Shown one piece after another: positions 7,994 through 17,521 of a stretch of 64,000 nt of DNA (positions are counted from its first letter, which is position 1; every line of letters begins with the position of its first letter). The DNA lies in the IMG/VR virus record IMGVR_UViG_3300025849_000010, positions 1 to 64,000 of that record; one strand, given 5' to 3'. The translations under genes were made by a program, and so were the position numbers. The stretch is from a virus. Below the pieces are notes generated by a model that saw nothing but the letters and a program-made list of their open reading frames with translations, was not told the DNA's origin and did not search any database.

Positions 7994-8533
7994 ATGGCTA
8001 GAGATATTTGGGTAATCAGTGATACACACTTTGATCACGCTAACATCTTGACGTTCTCAGATAGAGAAGGTCGGCCAACTCGTGGCGATCGTTTCACTGA
8101 CGTTGAAGATATGAACGAGCAGATGATCGCTAACTGGAACTCAGTAGTCAAGCCAGGTGACAAAGTGTACCACTTGGGAGATGTGTTGTTTGGCACTCGC
8201 AAGCAAGAGTGGATGGACACTAACTTTCCTCGCTTGAACGGACAGAAGCGTTTGGTTGTTGGCAACCACGACAACATCAAGTTCCACGCTGCCGGAGGCT
8301 GGTGGGGCAAGATTGACTTGTGGAGAATGTTTCCTGAGTTTGGATTGTTGTTGACTCACGTTCCTGTACACAACAGTACATTGGGCGAGAGTCACAGATT
8401 TGGCGATGGTCCTATGACAAACGTACACGGACACATTCACCAGAATCCAAGCCCAACTGAGTTTCACAGATGCGTAAGTGTTGAGCAAATCAACTACACT
8501 CCTATCAATATTGAGGAATTAAGGATTGTATAA
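7994..8533 (+). CDS. Calcineurin-like metallophosphoesterase
   Basis: SDTH, HLGD, GNHD, THVP, HGHIH motifs. Confidence 0.92.
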   Translation: MARDIWVISDTHFDHANILTFSDREGRPTRGDRFTDVEDMNEQMIANWNSVVKPGDKVYHLGDVLFGTRKQEWMDTNFPRLNGQKRLVVGNHDNIKFHAAGGWWGKIDLWRMFPEFGLLLTHVPVHNSTLGESHRFGDGPMTNVHGHIHQNPSPTEFHRCVSVEQINYTPINIEELRIV

Positions 8534-8685
8534 TGTCCAAAAGCATCAGACGTCCTCAAGCGCCCAAGCGGCGCAATTTTGAAGCAAAGGCGGTAAGGGA
8601 TCCACAAGGTCCCTTCCGTCCCAAAGTGATCAAAAACAAGATCAAAAAGAAACCTAAGTACAACAAGATTGATTGGGATGATTGA
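8533..8685 (+). CDS. Small highly basic protein, 50 aa (not in ORF track)
   Basis: MSKSIRRPQAPKRRNFEAKAVRDPQGPFRPKVIKNKIKKKPKYNKIDWDD; TAATG overlap; AAGGA SD. Confidence 0.65.
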   Translation: MSKSIRRPQAPKRRNFEAKAVRDPQGPFRPKVIKNKIKKKPKYNKIDWDD

Positions 8686-8896
8686 ACATCGACTTTATAG
8701 CATAGAACGTTTTGTAGAACATCCTAGAGTAAAAACTGCTGGGAGTATGGAGCAAAAGATCTTGCTCTGTACTCCTAAACATGCTACAATGTATGCATTG
8801 CAAGGATACACAGTCTTTGACTTTACCGAATCACTAGAAATGGAGCCTGAATATTATGAACACAATGGGCGATATGAAATTTACAACAGCAGGTGA
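8678..8896 (+). CDS. Hypothetical phage protein
   Basis: Fills the gap before the ligase; ATG 8678 overlaps the previous gene. Confidence 0.55.
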   Translation: MIEHRLYSIERFVEHPRVKTAGSMEQKILLCTPKHATMYALQGYTVFDFTESLEMEPEYYEHNGRYEIYNSR

Positions 8897-8900
8897 ATAC

Positions 8901-10214
8901 ATGCGTACACAACCAGAATACATTATTTCAACACTAGAAGATCACCCTAGTCGTCTTAACAAAGAAGACATTCTTCGATCAGCAATGGAAGAAGGACTAG
9001 ACGAGTTCTTTGAAGGTGTGCGTATGGCACTTGATGCTATGGTTACATTTGGTGTAAAGCAAGTACCAGAAGCAACAGAAAATGGGCAAGGTCTTGCTTG
9101 GGCAGTGTTCAAAGAACTTGCAGACAAACTTGTTGCACGTGAACTTACAGGACATGCAGCACGTGATGCTATTGAACTAGCAATGAATGTTGCTACTACA
9201 GAGCAGTGGAATATGTTCTATCGTCGTATTCTTATTAAAGATCTACGTTGCGGAGTAAGTGAAAAGACAGTAAACAAAGTTGCTAAAGAATTCCCGCAAT
9301 ATGCTGTACCTGTGTTTACTTGTCAGCTTGCACACGACAGTGCCAATCACGAAAAGAAGATGACTGGTAAAAAGCAGATTGAAATCAAACTCGACGGTGT
9401 TCGTGTTGTCACAATTATTCAAGGCAACAAAGTAGAAATGTTTAGCCGCAACGGAAAACAGTTTCATAACTTTGGACACATCATTGAAGAACTTGAAGCA
9501 GTGATTAAAGACTATCCAGTTCCGTATCCATTGGTACTAGACGGTGAAGTAATGAGTGCTAACTTCCAAGACCTTATGAAGCAACTACAGCGCAAAGAAA
9601 CTGTTCAAAATAGTGATGCTGTACTACATTTGTTTGACACTATTCCGCTGGGCTGTTTCAAAAACGGTGTATGGGAAAAGCCACAGAGTTTCCGTAGTGC
9701 TATCACTAAACATTGGGTAGAAGAACACAAGGACGTTTTAAAGCACGTACAATCACTTGAATGGGAAGAAGTAGACTTAGACACTCCAGAAGGAAACAAA
9801 CGCTTTGTAGAGCTTAATAAAGCGGCTGTAGACGGTGGTTATGAAGGCGTTATGATCAAAGATTTGGATGCGCCATATGAGTGTAAACGCAGTCATGCTT
9901 GGCTCAAAGCTAAACCATTTATTGAAGTAACATTGGAGGTTGTAGATGTTGAAGAAGGTACTGGCAGGAATGAAGGCAGACTTGGTGCTATTGTCTGCGA
10001 AGGCATCGACGACGGAAAAGACATTCGCGTTAATGTCGGTAGTGGCTTCACTGATGTTCATAGGGACGACTATTGGAATAATCGTGATGCTCTTATTGGC
10101 CATCTTGTAGAAGTACGTGCTGACGCTGTAACGCAGAATCAAGATGGAACATACAGCCTGCGCTTTCCACGCTTTAAAACATTCCGAGGATTTGCTGTTG
10201 GAGAAAAGATTTGA
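8901..10214 (+). CDS. lig: ATP-dependent DNA ligase (T4 gp30-like)
   Basis: Motif I KLDGVR, LDGE, FD, EGVMIK, WLKAK and OB-fold LRFPRF; start at 8901 (AGGTG SD) or upstream to 8856. Confidence 0.95.
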   Translation: MRTQPEYIISTLEDHPSRLNKEDILRSAMEEGLDEFFEGVRMALDAMVTFGVKQVPEATENGQGLAWAVFKELADKLVARELTGHAARDAIELAMNVATTEQWNMFYRRILIKDLRCGVSEKTVNKVAKEFPQYAVPVFTCQLAHDSANHEKKMTGKKQIEIKLDGVRVVTIIQGNKVEMFSRNGKQFHNFGHIIEELEAVIKDYPVPYPLVLDGEVMSANFQDLMKQLQRKETVQNSDAVLHLFDTIPLGCFKNGVWEKPQSFRSAITKHWVEEHKDVLKHVQSLEWEEVDLDTPEGNKRFVELNKAAVDGGYEGVMIKDLDAPYECKRSHAWLKAKPFIEVTLEVVDVEEGTGRNEGRLGAIVCEGIDDGKDIRVNVGSGFTDVHRDDYWNNRDALIGHLVEVRADAVTQNQDGTYSLRFPRFKTFRGFAVGEKI

Positions 10215-10217
10215 ACA

Positions 10218-10478
10218 ATGATCAAGGTTCCATTTGATATTCCCTACCACGGCGACAGCTTAGGATCTCATTATCTAAATCGTGCGGATTTAGAAGAGAC
10301 ACTGGACAATGCATACAAAACCATGGAGTGGTTTAAGTTCTTGTCAGACAAGGCAATACGAGTAGAAATAATTGGAACACAAAAAAACACTCACACAACT
10401 ACAACTGTAGTAGGATTTGAATTAGATCCAAAGAACGAAACTTTCTACAGACTAAAATATGAACGATACGAAAAGTAA
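10218..10478 (+). CDS. Hypothetical phage protein
   Basis: 86 aa; C-terminal TFYRLK resembles TFWSLK of the next gene. Confidence 0.65.
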   Translation: MIKVPFDIPYHGDSLGSHYLNRADLEETLDNAYKTMEWFKFLSDKAIRVEIIGTQKNTHTTTTVVGFELDPKNETFYRLKYERYEK

Positions 10479-10707
10479 GTACATACTACACGAATTTAAA
10501 ATAGGCGATGTAGATGATATTGACATCTATGTTGCTCCGCCAATATATGAATGGCAGCAAACACCTGCGGGCAAATGGTGTATGGAAAAAGCCACAGAAA
10601 TAACCTATCACACAATGTTCGATAACAGTGTATACGGACATCGGGTTGTTATCACAGGATATCTTAGTGGTAAACACGCCACATTCTGGTCTCTAAAAAA
10701 ATCTTAA
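10459..10707 (+). CDS. Hypothetical phage protein
   Basis: 82 aa; overlaps the previous gene; possible distant paralog. Confidence 0.65.
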   Translation: MNDTKSKYILHEFKIGDVDDIDIYVAPPIYEWQQTPAGKWCMEKATEITYHTMFDNSVYGHRVVITGYLSGKHATFWSLKKS

Positions 10708-10715
10708 AAAAGAAC

Positions 10716-10743
10716 TTGACATCTAGCGCAGTGATGCTATTAT
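10716..10743 (+). promoter_or_regulatory. Sigma70-type promoter
   Basis: A-tracts upstream; TTGACA, 16 nt, TATTAT with extended TG. Confidence 0.7.
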
Positions 10744-10794
10744 ATATGTATAGCGAAACAGAAATACACAACTTTGTAAAAGAGGGAATACAAA

Positions 10795-11883
10795 ATGGAA
10801 AATGTCGCAGGTCGCACTGTTACTCCGAATAGCGCAAAAGCAAGCATCAAGCATGCGCTTAAAAAGAAACGTCCAATCTTCCTGTGGGGACCTCCAGGTA
10901 TTGGCAAGTCCGACATTGTACGTCAGATTAGCGATAGCTTTACAAACTCACATCTAATTGACATTCGTTTGAGTCTTTGGGAACCTACAGACATTAAAGG
11001 TATTCCGTACTTTGATAGTAACTCAGGTACAATGGTGTGGGGTGCTCCTAGCGAACTTCCAAGCGAAGAGTTTGCGGCACAGTATGACAACATTGTATTG
11101 TTCTTAGACGAAATGAACTCGGCAGCGCCTAGTGTACAAGCGGCAGCATACCAGCTTATTCTTAACCGTCGTGTTGGTACTTACAAGCTGCCAGACAATG
11201 TTATGATTGTTGCGGCAGGCAACCGTGAAGCTGATAAAGGTGTTACATATCGTATGCCTGCTCCGTTGGCTAACCGCTTTATCCACTTGGAACTGCGTGT
11301 TGATTTTGATGATTGGTTCCAGTGGGCTGTAGACAACAAAATCCACACAGATGTTGTTGGTTATTTGACATTTGCAAAGAAAGACCTGTACGACTTTGAT
11401 CCTAAGAGTCCAAGCCGTAGCTTTGCTACTCCTCGTACATGGAGTTTTGTAAGCGAGTTGCTCGAAGACGGACTAGATGATTCTACTACTACTGATCTTT
11501 TTGCAGGTGCTGTAGGAGAAGGCCTAGCAGTCAAATTTATGGCGCACCGTAAAGTTGCTTCCAGCATGCCTAATCCTACTGACATCCTGTCAGGCAAAGT
11601 AAAAGAAATGAAGTCTAAAGAGATCAGTGCTATGTACTCTTTGACAGTGTCTTTGTGCTACGAACTTAAAGAAGCCTGCGACAAAGATGATAAGAAGTTC
11701 GATGACAAAGTAAACAACTTCCTACGCTTTGCAATGGATAACTTTGATACAGAACTAGTCGTAATGGGTATTAAACTTGCACTTACACAATATGCATTGC
11801 CAATTGATCCAGACGAAGTAGAATGCTTTGACGAGTTCCATGATCGCTTTGGCAAGTATATTAAGGCTGCACAAGGCGTATAA
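10795..11883 (+). CDS. MoxR-like AAA+ ATPase
   Basis: Walker A GPPGIGKS, Walker B LFLDEMN, AAGN, LANRF arginine finger, TPRTW. Confidence 0.92.
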   Translation: MENVAGRTVTPNSAKASIKHALKKKRPIFLWGPPGIGKSDIVRQISDSFTNSHLIDIRLSLWEPTDIKGIPYFDSNSGTMVWGAPSELPSEEFAAQYDNIVLFLDEMNSAAPSVQAAAYQLILNRRVGTYKLPDNVMIVAAGNREADKGVTYRMPAPLANRFIHLELRVDFDDWFQWAVDNKIHTDVVGYLTFAKKDLYDFDPKSPSRSFATPRTWSFVSELLEDGLDDSTTTDLFAGAVGEGLAVKFMAHRKVASSMPNPTDILSGKVKEMKSKEISAMYSLTVSLCYELKEACDKDDKKFDDKVNNFLRFAMDNFDTELVVMGIKLALTQYALPIDPDEVECFDEFHDRFGKYIKAAQGV

Positions 11884-11890
11884 TACATCG

Positions 11891-11926
11891 AAAGGATGGG
11901 TTCTTTAGAGCTCATCCTTTCTTTTG
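11891..11926 (+). terminator. Rho-independent terminator
   Basis: AAAGGATGGGTTC/GAGCTCATCCTTT stem (two G-U pairs) followed by CTTTT. Confidence 0.65.
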
Positions 11927-11940
11927 AATCAAAATTGTGG

Positions 11941-11968
11941 TTGACATATATACTATAGGTGCTATAAT
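11941..11968 (+). promoter_or_regulatory. Sigma70-type promoter
   Basis: TTGACA, 16 nt, TATAAT with extended TG. Confidence 0.85.
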
Positions 11969-11997
11969 ATATGTATAAGTTAATAAAGGGCGATACA

Positions 11998-13311
11998 ATG
12001 GCTAAAAAAGATACTGCAAGTAAACTTAAAAACTGGCAACCAGATCCAACTATTACTCCAGAACAGTTAGAGGAAATGCGTGTAGAAGTATACGATCGCA
12101 TTATTGTTGCACGAGTAGGATTGCTACTGCGTCATCCTTTCTTTGGTAACATGGCAACACGGCTTAAAATTTTAGCCGCAGACGACTGGCTTCCTACTGC
12201 CGCTGTAGACGGACGTAACTTATTTTACAATACTCAATTCTTTAATGCTATGGATAATAAAGAAATTGAGTTTGTTGTTGCACACGAAATTCTGCACATG
12301 GTATTTGATCACTTAGGTCGGCGTGAAGAACGTCACCCTATGCTTTACAACATTGCTGCCGATTATATTGTTAACAATTTGTTAGTACGTGATCGCATCG
12401 GACACAATCCTAGTATTGTAGACTGCTATCAAGATTTTAAATATGACGGATGGACTTCAGAAGAAGTGTACGAAGAACTTTTCAAAGACGCTAAAAAGAA
12501 TGGCGAAGAAGCCGTCAAGGCGCTTGGCGAAATGCTAGACGAGCACCTTGATATGGAAGGTGAAGATGGCGACGGCAGTTCAGACAGTGACGAAAGCAAA
12601 GATAGCAACGGTAACAGTGTAAGCAAAAACAAGCCTAAGTACTCTAAGTCTGAAATGCAAAAAATTAAAGACGAGATCAAAGAGAACGTGTTGAGCGCGG
12701 CACAAACAGCAGGCGCAGGCAATGTACCTGGTGAGATTGCACGTATGATCAAAGAGCTTACTGAGCCCAAGATGAATTGGCGTGAGCTACTTCGTCAGCA
12801 AATCCAAAGCACAGTTAAGAGCGATTATACATTTATTCGTCCAAGTCGCAAAGGGCAGATGAGCGGTGCTATTTTACCTGGCATGAATTTCCAGGACACA
12901 ATTGACATTGCCGTTGCACTTGATATGAGCGGTTCAATTGGCGACGAGCAAGCTAGAGAGTTTTTGAGCGAAGTAAAAGGTATTATGGAAGAATATCAGG
13001 ACTACAATATTAAATTGTGGTGCTTTGACACAAAGGTGTACAACGAACAAGACTTTAGTGCAGACGGTGGTGAGGACTTGCTAGACTATGAAATCATGGG
13101 CGGCGGTGGCACTGACTTTATGGCAAATTGGACATATATGAAAGAACAAGATTATGTTCCTAAGAAGTTTATCATGTTCACTGATGGTTATGCTTGGGAT
13201 AGTTGGGGTGATGAAGATTACTGTGATACAGTATTTGTTATTCACAGTCACCATGATAAAAACTTGCAAGCACCGTTTGGACAAACTGCACACTATGACG
13301 AGGCAGCGTGA
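11998..13311 (+). CDS. HExxH metallopeptidase-like plus VWA domain protein (MoxR partner)
   Basis: TAAVDG, HEILH, acidic linker, MIDAS DMSGS, GGGGTDF, FTDG; start placed at 11998 because ATG 11971 abuts the -10 box. Confidence 0.88.
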   Translation: MAKKDTASKLKNWQPDPTITPEQLEEMRVEVYDRIIVARVGLLLRHPFFGNMATRLKILAADDWLPTAAVDGRNLFYNTQFFNAMDNKEIEFVVAHEILHMVFDHLGRREERHPMLYNIAADYIVNNLLVRDRIGHNPSIVDCYQDFKYDGWTSEEVYEELFKDAKKNGEEAVKALGEMLDEHLDMEGEDGDGSSDSDESKDSNGNSVSKNKPKYSKSEMQKIKDEIKENVLSAAQTAGAGNVPGEIARMIKELTEPKMNWRELLRQQIQSTVKSDYTFIRPSRKGQMSGAILPGMNFQDTIDIAVALDMSGSIGDEQAREFLSEVKGIMEEYQDYNIKLWCFDTKVYNEQDFSADGGEDLLDYEIMGGGGTDFMANWTYMKEQDYVPKKFIMFTDGYAWDSWGDEDYCDTVFVIHSHHDKNLQAPFGQTAHYDEAA

Positions 13312-13589
13312 TGCCTATATATAAAGGAAAGGCTAACCCACTTGACTTATATAAATTTAGGGAATACGAATTCCCTGCAAAACATCTAGACTATGTTTTA
13401 ATTGATAACATGTCTTACAATTTAGAGTCTGCTATACGTGTCTGGATCAAAGACAACTTATCAGGTAGATTTTATATTGCAAAACAGAATAGTTTAGAAG
13501 AAGACAAGAAAGTCGTAATTAAGATTGGCTTTGAAAAGCCATCCGAGTCAAGTTATTTTCAAATAGCTTGTCCACTTTTAAAGTACTAA
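13308..13589 (+). CDS. Hypothetical phage protein
   Basis: 93 aa; overlaps the VWA gene; GAGG SD. Confidence 0.7.
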   Translation: MMPIYKGKANPLDLYKFREYEFPAKHLDYVLIDNMSYNLESAIRVWIKDNLSGRFYIAKQNSLEEDKKVVIKIGFEKPSESSYFQIACPLLKY

Positions 13590-13602
13590 CTTAACTCAAC
13601 AA

Positions 13603-13609
13603 ATAAGTA
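13603..13609 (+). promoter_or_regulatory. Late-type promoter box
   Basis: Intergenic ATAAGTA matching the RTAARTA consensus seen across the window. Confidence 0.5.
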
Positions 13610-13641
13610 CTTTACAGCAATCATTTAAAGGAGAAAGAAAA

Positions 13642-13947
13642 ATGACTGAAGAAAAAACTATTGCGCAAGCACATGACGATCAAGTGGCGGCTGCGGCTGC
13701 GCAAGCTGAAGAGCTGCAAAATGCTACCCAGGAAGCAGCAGCACAAGGCGAATCAAAAGAACTGAACATTCAAGACCTAGCAGCAATGCGTACACTAATT
13801 GACGTAGCATCTGCTCGTGGTGCATTCCGCCCAGGTGAAATGGTCACAGTAGGTACATTGTACGATAAATTAAACGGTTTCCTAAACGAGGTACAGAAGC
13901 AAGCAGAAGCAGCTAAAGCCGCGCAGGAAGCACAAGCACAAGGATAA
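13642..13947 (+). CDS. Hypothetical phage protein
   Basis: AAGGAG SD; Ala/Gln-rich ends around a IDVASARGAF core. Confidence 0.8.
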   Translation: MTEEKTIAQAHDDQVAAAAAQAEELQNATQEAAAQGESKELNIQDLAAMRTLIDVASARGAFRPGEMVTVGTLYDKLNGFLNEVQKQAEAAKAAQEAQAQG

Positions 13948-13951
13948 TAAT

Positions 13952-14575
13952 ATGGCCGATCTTAAACATGTAGGTCGACTAGTATCTAATAAGAGAAAAG
14001 TAGTGGTTGCTTTTCGGACTCTTCCAGGCGACCCTTACTCTGCTTTAGTTATTTCAACAGAAAATCTAAACGACAGAGACCACGACGCTCTTATTAAAGT
14101 AGTCGAGTCTAATGCAGGACAAACTGCATACGAACTTGCTGATGCATTAGATAGAGCCTCACTTCCGGAAACTGCTGACAATATGTTATCAACTTTCCAC
14201 AAGAGAGGAATTCTAACTAAAATTTCTACCAAGGACGTAGAAATGGTTCCGAATGCATCAACTAGTATCTTACTAAGCGATTTAAATCAAGTAATTGCTG
14301 AACAACGAGGTATTGGTCTAGAAGACTTGACTGTAAAGCCGGGCAGCAATGCTCAGGTAACAGAAGTTGCAAGCATTAACAAAACTGTTGATACTGCACC
14401 TGCTGATGCTCAACCTTCACAGTCAAATGACTCTGGTGTTCTATCTGACGAAGACTTAGCTGCCCAATATCGTTCACAAGCTGATGCGATGTACAAAGAG
14501 GCGAAAAGACTACGTGCGGAAGCCGATGAGCTTTCTCCAACTAAGAAGAAGAGCGTTGGCAAAAAAACTACCTAG
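13952..14575 (+). CDS. Hypothetical phage protein
   Basis: 207 aa; AGGA SD; C-terminal helix with basic tail. Confidence 0.8.
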   Translation: MADLKHVGRLVSNKRKVVVAFRTLPGDPYSALVISTENLNDRDHDALIKVVESNAGQTAYELADALDRASLPETADNMLSTFHKRGILTKISTKDVEMVPNASTSILLSDLNQVIAEQRGIGLEDLTVKPGSNAQVTEVASINKTVDTAPADAQPSQSNDSGVLSDEDLAAQYRSQADAMYKEAKRLRAEADELSPTKKKSVGKKTT

Positions 14576-14873
14576 AGATGTAATTGCTAGCTGGCCGGAG
14601 GTATTCGGCAACGTAACTGTTAACGCAGTTCCTGTCGAGTACCTCCAGTCAATACTAGTAACTTTCAAAGAAGGCGATGTTTGGGATATTGATATGAATT
14701 CCCAAGAACTTGTCGAAGAAGGTTACACCATTGACGAATTGCTAGGTGAACTATTAGACGAGTATGAAGACCAAATACAAACCGTAGATTTCCGTGTACA
14801 TACAGAGCGTGTAAAACGTGATATGATTAAGACAACACGTAGATTTATGAAGGGCAAATTCAAAAAGAAATAG
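14556..14873 (+). CDS. Hypothetical phage protein
   Basis: Acidic domain beginning WPEVFG; start uncertain (TTG 14556 or ATG 14526). Confidence 0.65.
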   Translation: MAKKLPRDVIASWPEVFGNVTVNAVPVEYLQSILVTFKEGDVWDIDMNSQELVEEGYTIDELLGELLDEYEDQIQTVDFRVHTERVKRDMIKTTRRFMKGKFKKK

Positions 14874-14879
14874 TTCTGG

Positions 14880-14886
14880 ATAAATA
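14880..14886 (+). promoter_or_regulatory. Late-type promoter box
   Basis: Intergenic ATAAATA. Confidence 0.55.
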
Positions 14887-14912
14887 CACTATATAAGACA
14901 TAGGATTTATTC

Positions 14913-15656
14913 ATGCAAGCAGCTGAGTTACACAAATTAAAAGACAAATTATCAAAGAGTACTTCTTTACATTTTAATGCCTTGGATCATCCTAATGGCA
15001 TTAAAATGCATTTTAGTCCTCCTGGTGATGAGTACTATAGCATTTTACAGCGTAATCTTCATGATTACGTAATAGAGTATCATACTCCTACACACATTTA
15101 TACATTAAACAATTGCTTTGAAGCGACATTAGAACTACACAATCAGTTTAGAACTATTATGTCAGCAGAAGGAATTGTTGTTCCAGTATGCGCTGCACAC
15201 GAAGAGCATAGCATGTTCGACGGTAGTTGGACGTACAATGCATGGATCAAACCAGTAAGCGATGCAAAAAGTACTTTCGAATTAGTACTGAATACTGATG
15301 TTGACAATACTGCTACATTTAACAATTTTTGTACCCATGCAGTATCAACACTAAATGTTCTAGCAAAGCAACCACAAGGTTCAAAAGTATGGCCCGAGAG
15401 TTGGGCTTCAGAATTAGGCGCATCTGCATATTATAGAAATGCTAACAATGAATGGTATTGGAAATCTCCACTAGGATATCTAAACCGTTATGGTAAAGAT
15501 ACTAACCTTTTTGCAGAAAATATGTTTAGTTGGGTAACTGACGCTAATAAACTAATTTCATTAAATCCACATATTCACAGAAATGCAGACTTTCATGTAT
15601 CATTTATTTCGCAATTAGATAGTACTGTATTTGATATTGAATCAATAATAGACTAA
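14913..15656 (+). CDS. Hypothetical protein
   Basis: 247 aa; AGGA SD; His-rich; no recognised motif. Confidence 0.7.
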   Translation: MQAAELHKLKDKLSKSTSLHFNALDHPNGIKMHFSPPGDEYYSILQRNLHDYVIEYHTPTHIYTLNNCFEATLELHNQFRTIMSAEGIVVPVCAAHEEHSMFDGSWTYNAWIKPVSDAKSTFELVLNTDVDNTATFNNFCTHAVSTLNVLAKQPQGSKVWPESWASELGASAYYRNANNEWYWKSPLGYLNRYGKDTNLFAENMFSWVTDANKLISLNPHIHRNADFHVSFISQLDSTVFDIESIID

Positions 15657-15666
15657 GGAAGATAAT

Positions 15667-15891
15667 ATGTTAAATTTAAAATCAGGTGTATATAACATTG
15701 AAAGCGAACAAGTAGAAGCATTAATAAATGTTAATGCATTGGGCTTTAACTACATTCCAGCAGTCTACAGAACCAACACAGAGTTTGCATTATGGATTAA
15801 GAATGATGTTAGTGGCGAACTAACCATTGTTACTGGCAATAAGAATATTAGAGAAATTAGAAACGCTATCACTGCACTACTAAGCAACTAA
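15667..15891 (+). CDS. Hypothetical protein
   Basis: 74 aa; AAGGA SD. Confidence 0.65.
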   Translation: MLNLKSGVYNIESEQVEALINVNALGFNYIPAVYRTNTEFALWIKNDVSGELTIVTGNKNIREIRNAITALLSN

Positions 15892-15908
15892 TAGACCGTT
15901 TTTTAAAG

Positions 15909-15944
15909 AACCGCATTTAACCTAGTTTTTAATGCGGTTTTTTT
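15909..15944 (+). terminator. Rho-independent terminator at the end of the + strand block
   Basis: AACCGCATT/AATGCGGTT 9-bp stem followed by a T-run, between convergent genes. Confidence 0.75.
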
Positions 15945-15979
15945 GTGGTTAATGCATGGTTATAGTTTTTATGGTTCTT

Positions 15980-16684
15980 TTATACCGAATCTTGGTATAT
16001 TTGTTTGGACATTTGTACAAAGTCCGCAGGGTAATTATTACTAAAACTGTTAAAGCAAAGTTGTTGTAACATGCCTAAATCTGCTACAGTGTCTACATCA
16101 ATGCCCATAGATTCCATCTTAGGAAGAAGCTCTTTGCGTCTATCTTCGCTAATATGACTGAGTACACTACGAGGAGTTATGCCAGGCTCTCGGCGGTCAT
16201 AACAGAAGAAATAGTTAATGCTTTTGAGTTTTCCGTCTACTACAAAATAACTACTAGGGTGCATACTGTATTTGTATATGCCCAAGTCTTTATGTGCTTG
16301 AGTTATTTCTAACATTTGCTCTTTCCAGTCTGGAAGTACACTATCATAATTTTCTTCTAAGCAACCTGCTTGCTCCCAAAAGTCTACACCCTGCACCTCC
16401 AAGAATACTTTTCTATGTGTATAATCTATATCAAGTATCTTTGGAATATGTTGCGGGCAATGCTCTTGCATACGCTTTAAGAAACTAACTTCACGTCTCC
16501 ATTTTTCATCCATCTTTTTAGGATCAACTACTTCGTTTTTACCTTGGTGGTATTCACTGTCATTATGATACCATTGACAGAATACTGTGTTATCCTCATT
16601 CATAAGACTTGTATAAATTAAGTTGTTTCTACACAGACCTTTGCCGGGCACGTTGTTGTAATAGTATTCATATTTTGGTTGCAT
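15980..16684 (-). CDS. Protein-kinase-like fold protein with degenerate active site
   Basis: REVSFL helix C, IPKIL, VFLE, then KYSMHPSSY in place of HxDxxxxN and INYF in place of IDFG. Confidence 0.6.
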   Translation of the reverse strand: MQPKYEYYYNNVPGKGLCRNNLIYTSLMNEDNTVFCQWYHNDSEYHQGKNEVVDPKKMDEKWRREVSFLKRMQEHCPQHIPKILDIDYTHRKVFLEVQGVDFWEQAGCLEENYDSVLPDWKEQMLEITQAHKDLGIYKYSMHPSSYFVVDGKLKSINYFFCYDRREPGITPRSVLSHISEDRRKELLPKMESMGIDVDTVADLGMLQQLCFNSFSNNYPADFVQMSKQIYQDSV

Positions 16685-16711
16685 GCATTTACTTACCTGA
16701 TAAGTATGTAT
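16685..16711. promoter_or_regulatory. Back-to-back late-type promoters, both apparently leaderless
   Basis: Minus GTAAGTA (16696-16690) + 5 nt + ATG 16684; plus ATAAGTA (16700-16706) + 5 nt + ATG 16712. Confidence 0.65.
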
Positions 16712-17521
16712 ATGATTAGAGGAATTGGCGGAAAACCGTATATTAACTTAGACCCTTACCTAGACATAGAAGGGTTTAGAAACTTGCACCCTGAAATATG
16801 CAAAGGGTTTGCACTTGCACGTGAGTATGCAAAAGAAGGAACTTGGATGTCGCCGGGTTTTAAATTCGACGACATGAGCTATATTTTAAACTGGAAACCT
16901 ATCTATCAAGCATTTGCTGAATACCAGAACTTGCCAGAGGGCCATCCTATTCGTGTACAAGGTAGTGAAATATTCCCTACAGACTTTAAAGACTACAAGC
17001 AACGTAACTTGTTTACACGCTATCTAAAAAGTGTACTAGGTGCTAATGATCCTTACAACTATTATTTTCTTTGGGAAGAAGGTTCATGGGAACAACGTAA
17101 TGCAGAACGTAAACCTACAGAAGAACAGCAATATTTTCCAGGTGTTGTTAAATGGGTTGAAAATCTCGTAGAGGAAAATATTATTGATCGTATTGGGCGA
17201 GTTATATTCTTCCACTGTGATCATAATGGACATGCTTTTGAGCATAGAGACTTAGATGGCAAGAATGGCAACGAGCAAGGATACAGTGAGCACAACAACG
17301 AGTTTATACATATTCGATATCGCACAAAAAGAGGTTTCTACATATGGGATCCGGAATCACAAAATAAGCATTACATAAATTCAAATGCTGCATTTTGGAA
17401 TGACGAAGATTGGCACGGTGGAGAACATTCTAACGAAGTTGAATACGGATTGCGCATTGACTGTACCTTTACTCCGGAGTTTAGAAAAGTTATAGGGATA
17501 AATCACCTATCCCATTACTAA
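16712..17521 (+). CDS. 2OG-Fe(II) oxygenase-like protein
   Basis: HRD...WHGG...LRID facial triad plus Arg pattern in a beta-rich C-terminal half. Confidence 0.65.
   Translation: MIRGIGGKPYINLDPYLDIEGFRNLHPEICKGFALAREYAKEGTWMSPGFKFDDMSYILNWKPIYQAFAEYQNLPEGHPIRVQGSEIFPTDFKDYKQRNLFTRYLKSVLGANDPYNYYFLWEEGSWEQRNAERKPTEEQQYFPGVVKWVENLVEENIIDRIGRVIFFHCDHNGHAFEHRDLDGKNGNEQGYSEHNNEFIHIRYRTKRGFYIWDPESQNKHYINSNAAFWNDEDWHGGEHSNEVEYGLRIDCTFTPEFRKVIGINHLSHY

Noticed and set aside
14556-14575. Programmed frameshift at the A7 run joining 13952-14575 to the next ORF
   Set aside because: It would need a +1 shift with no stimulator visible; a TTG or ATG start explains the overlap.
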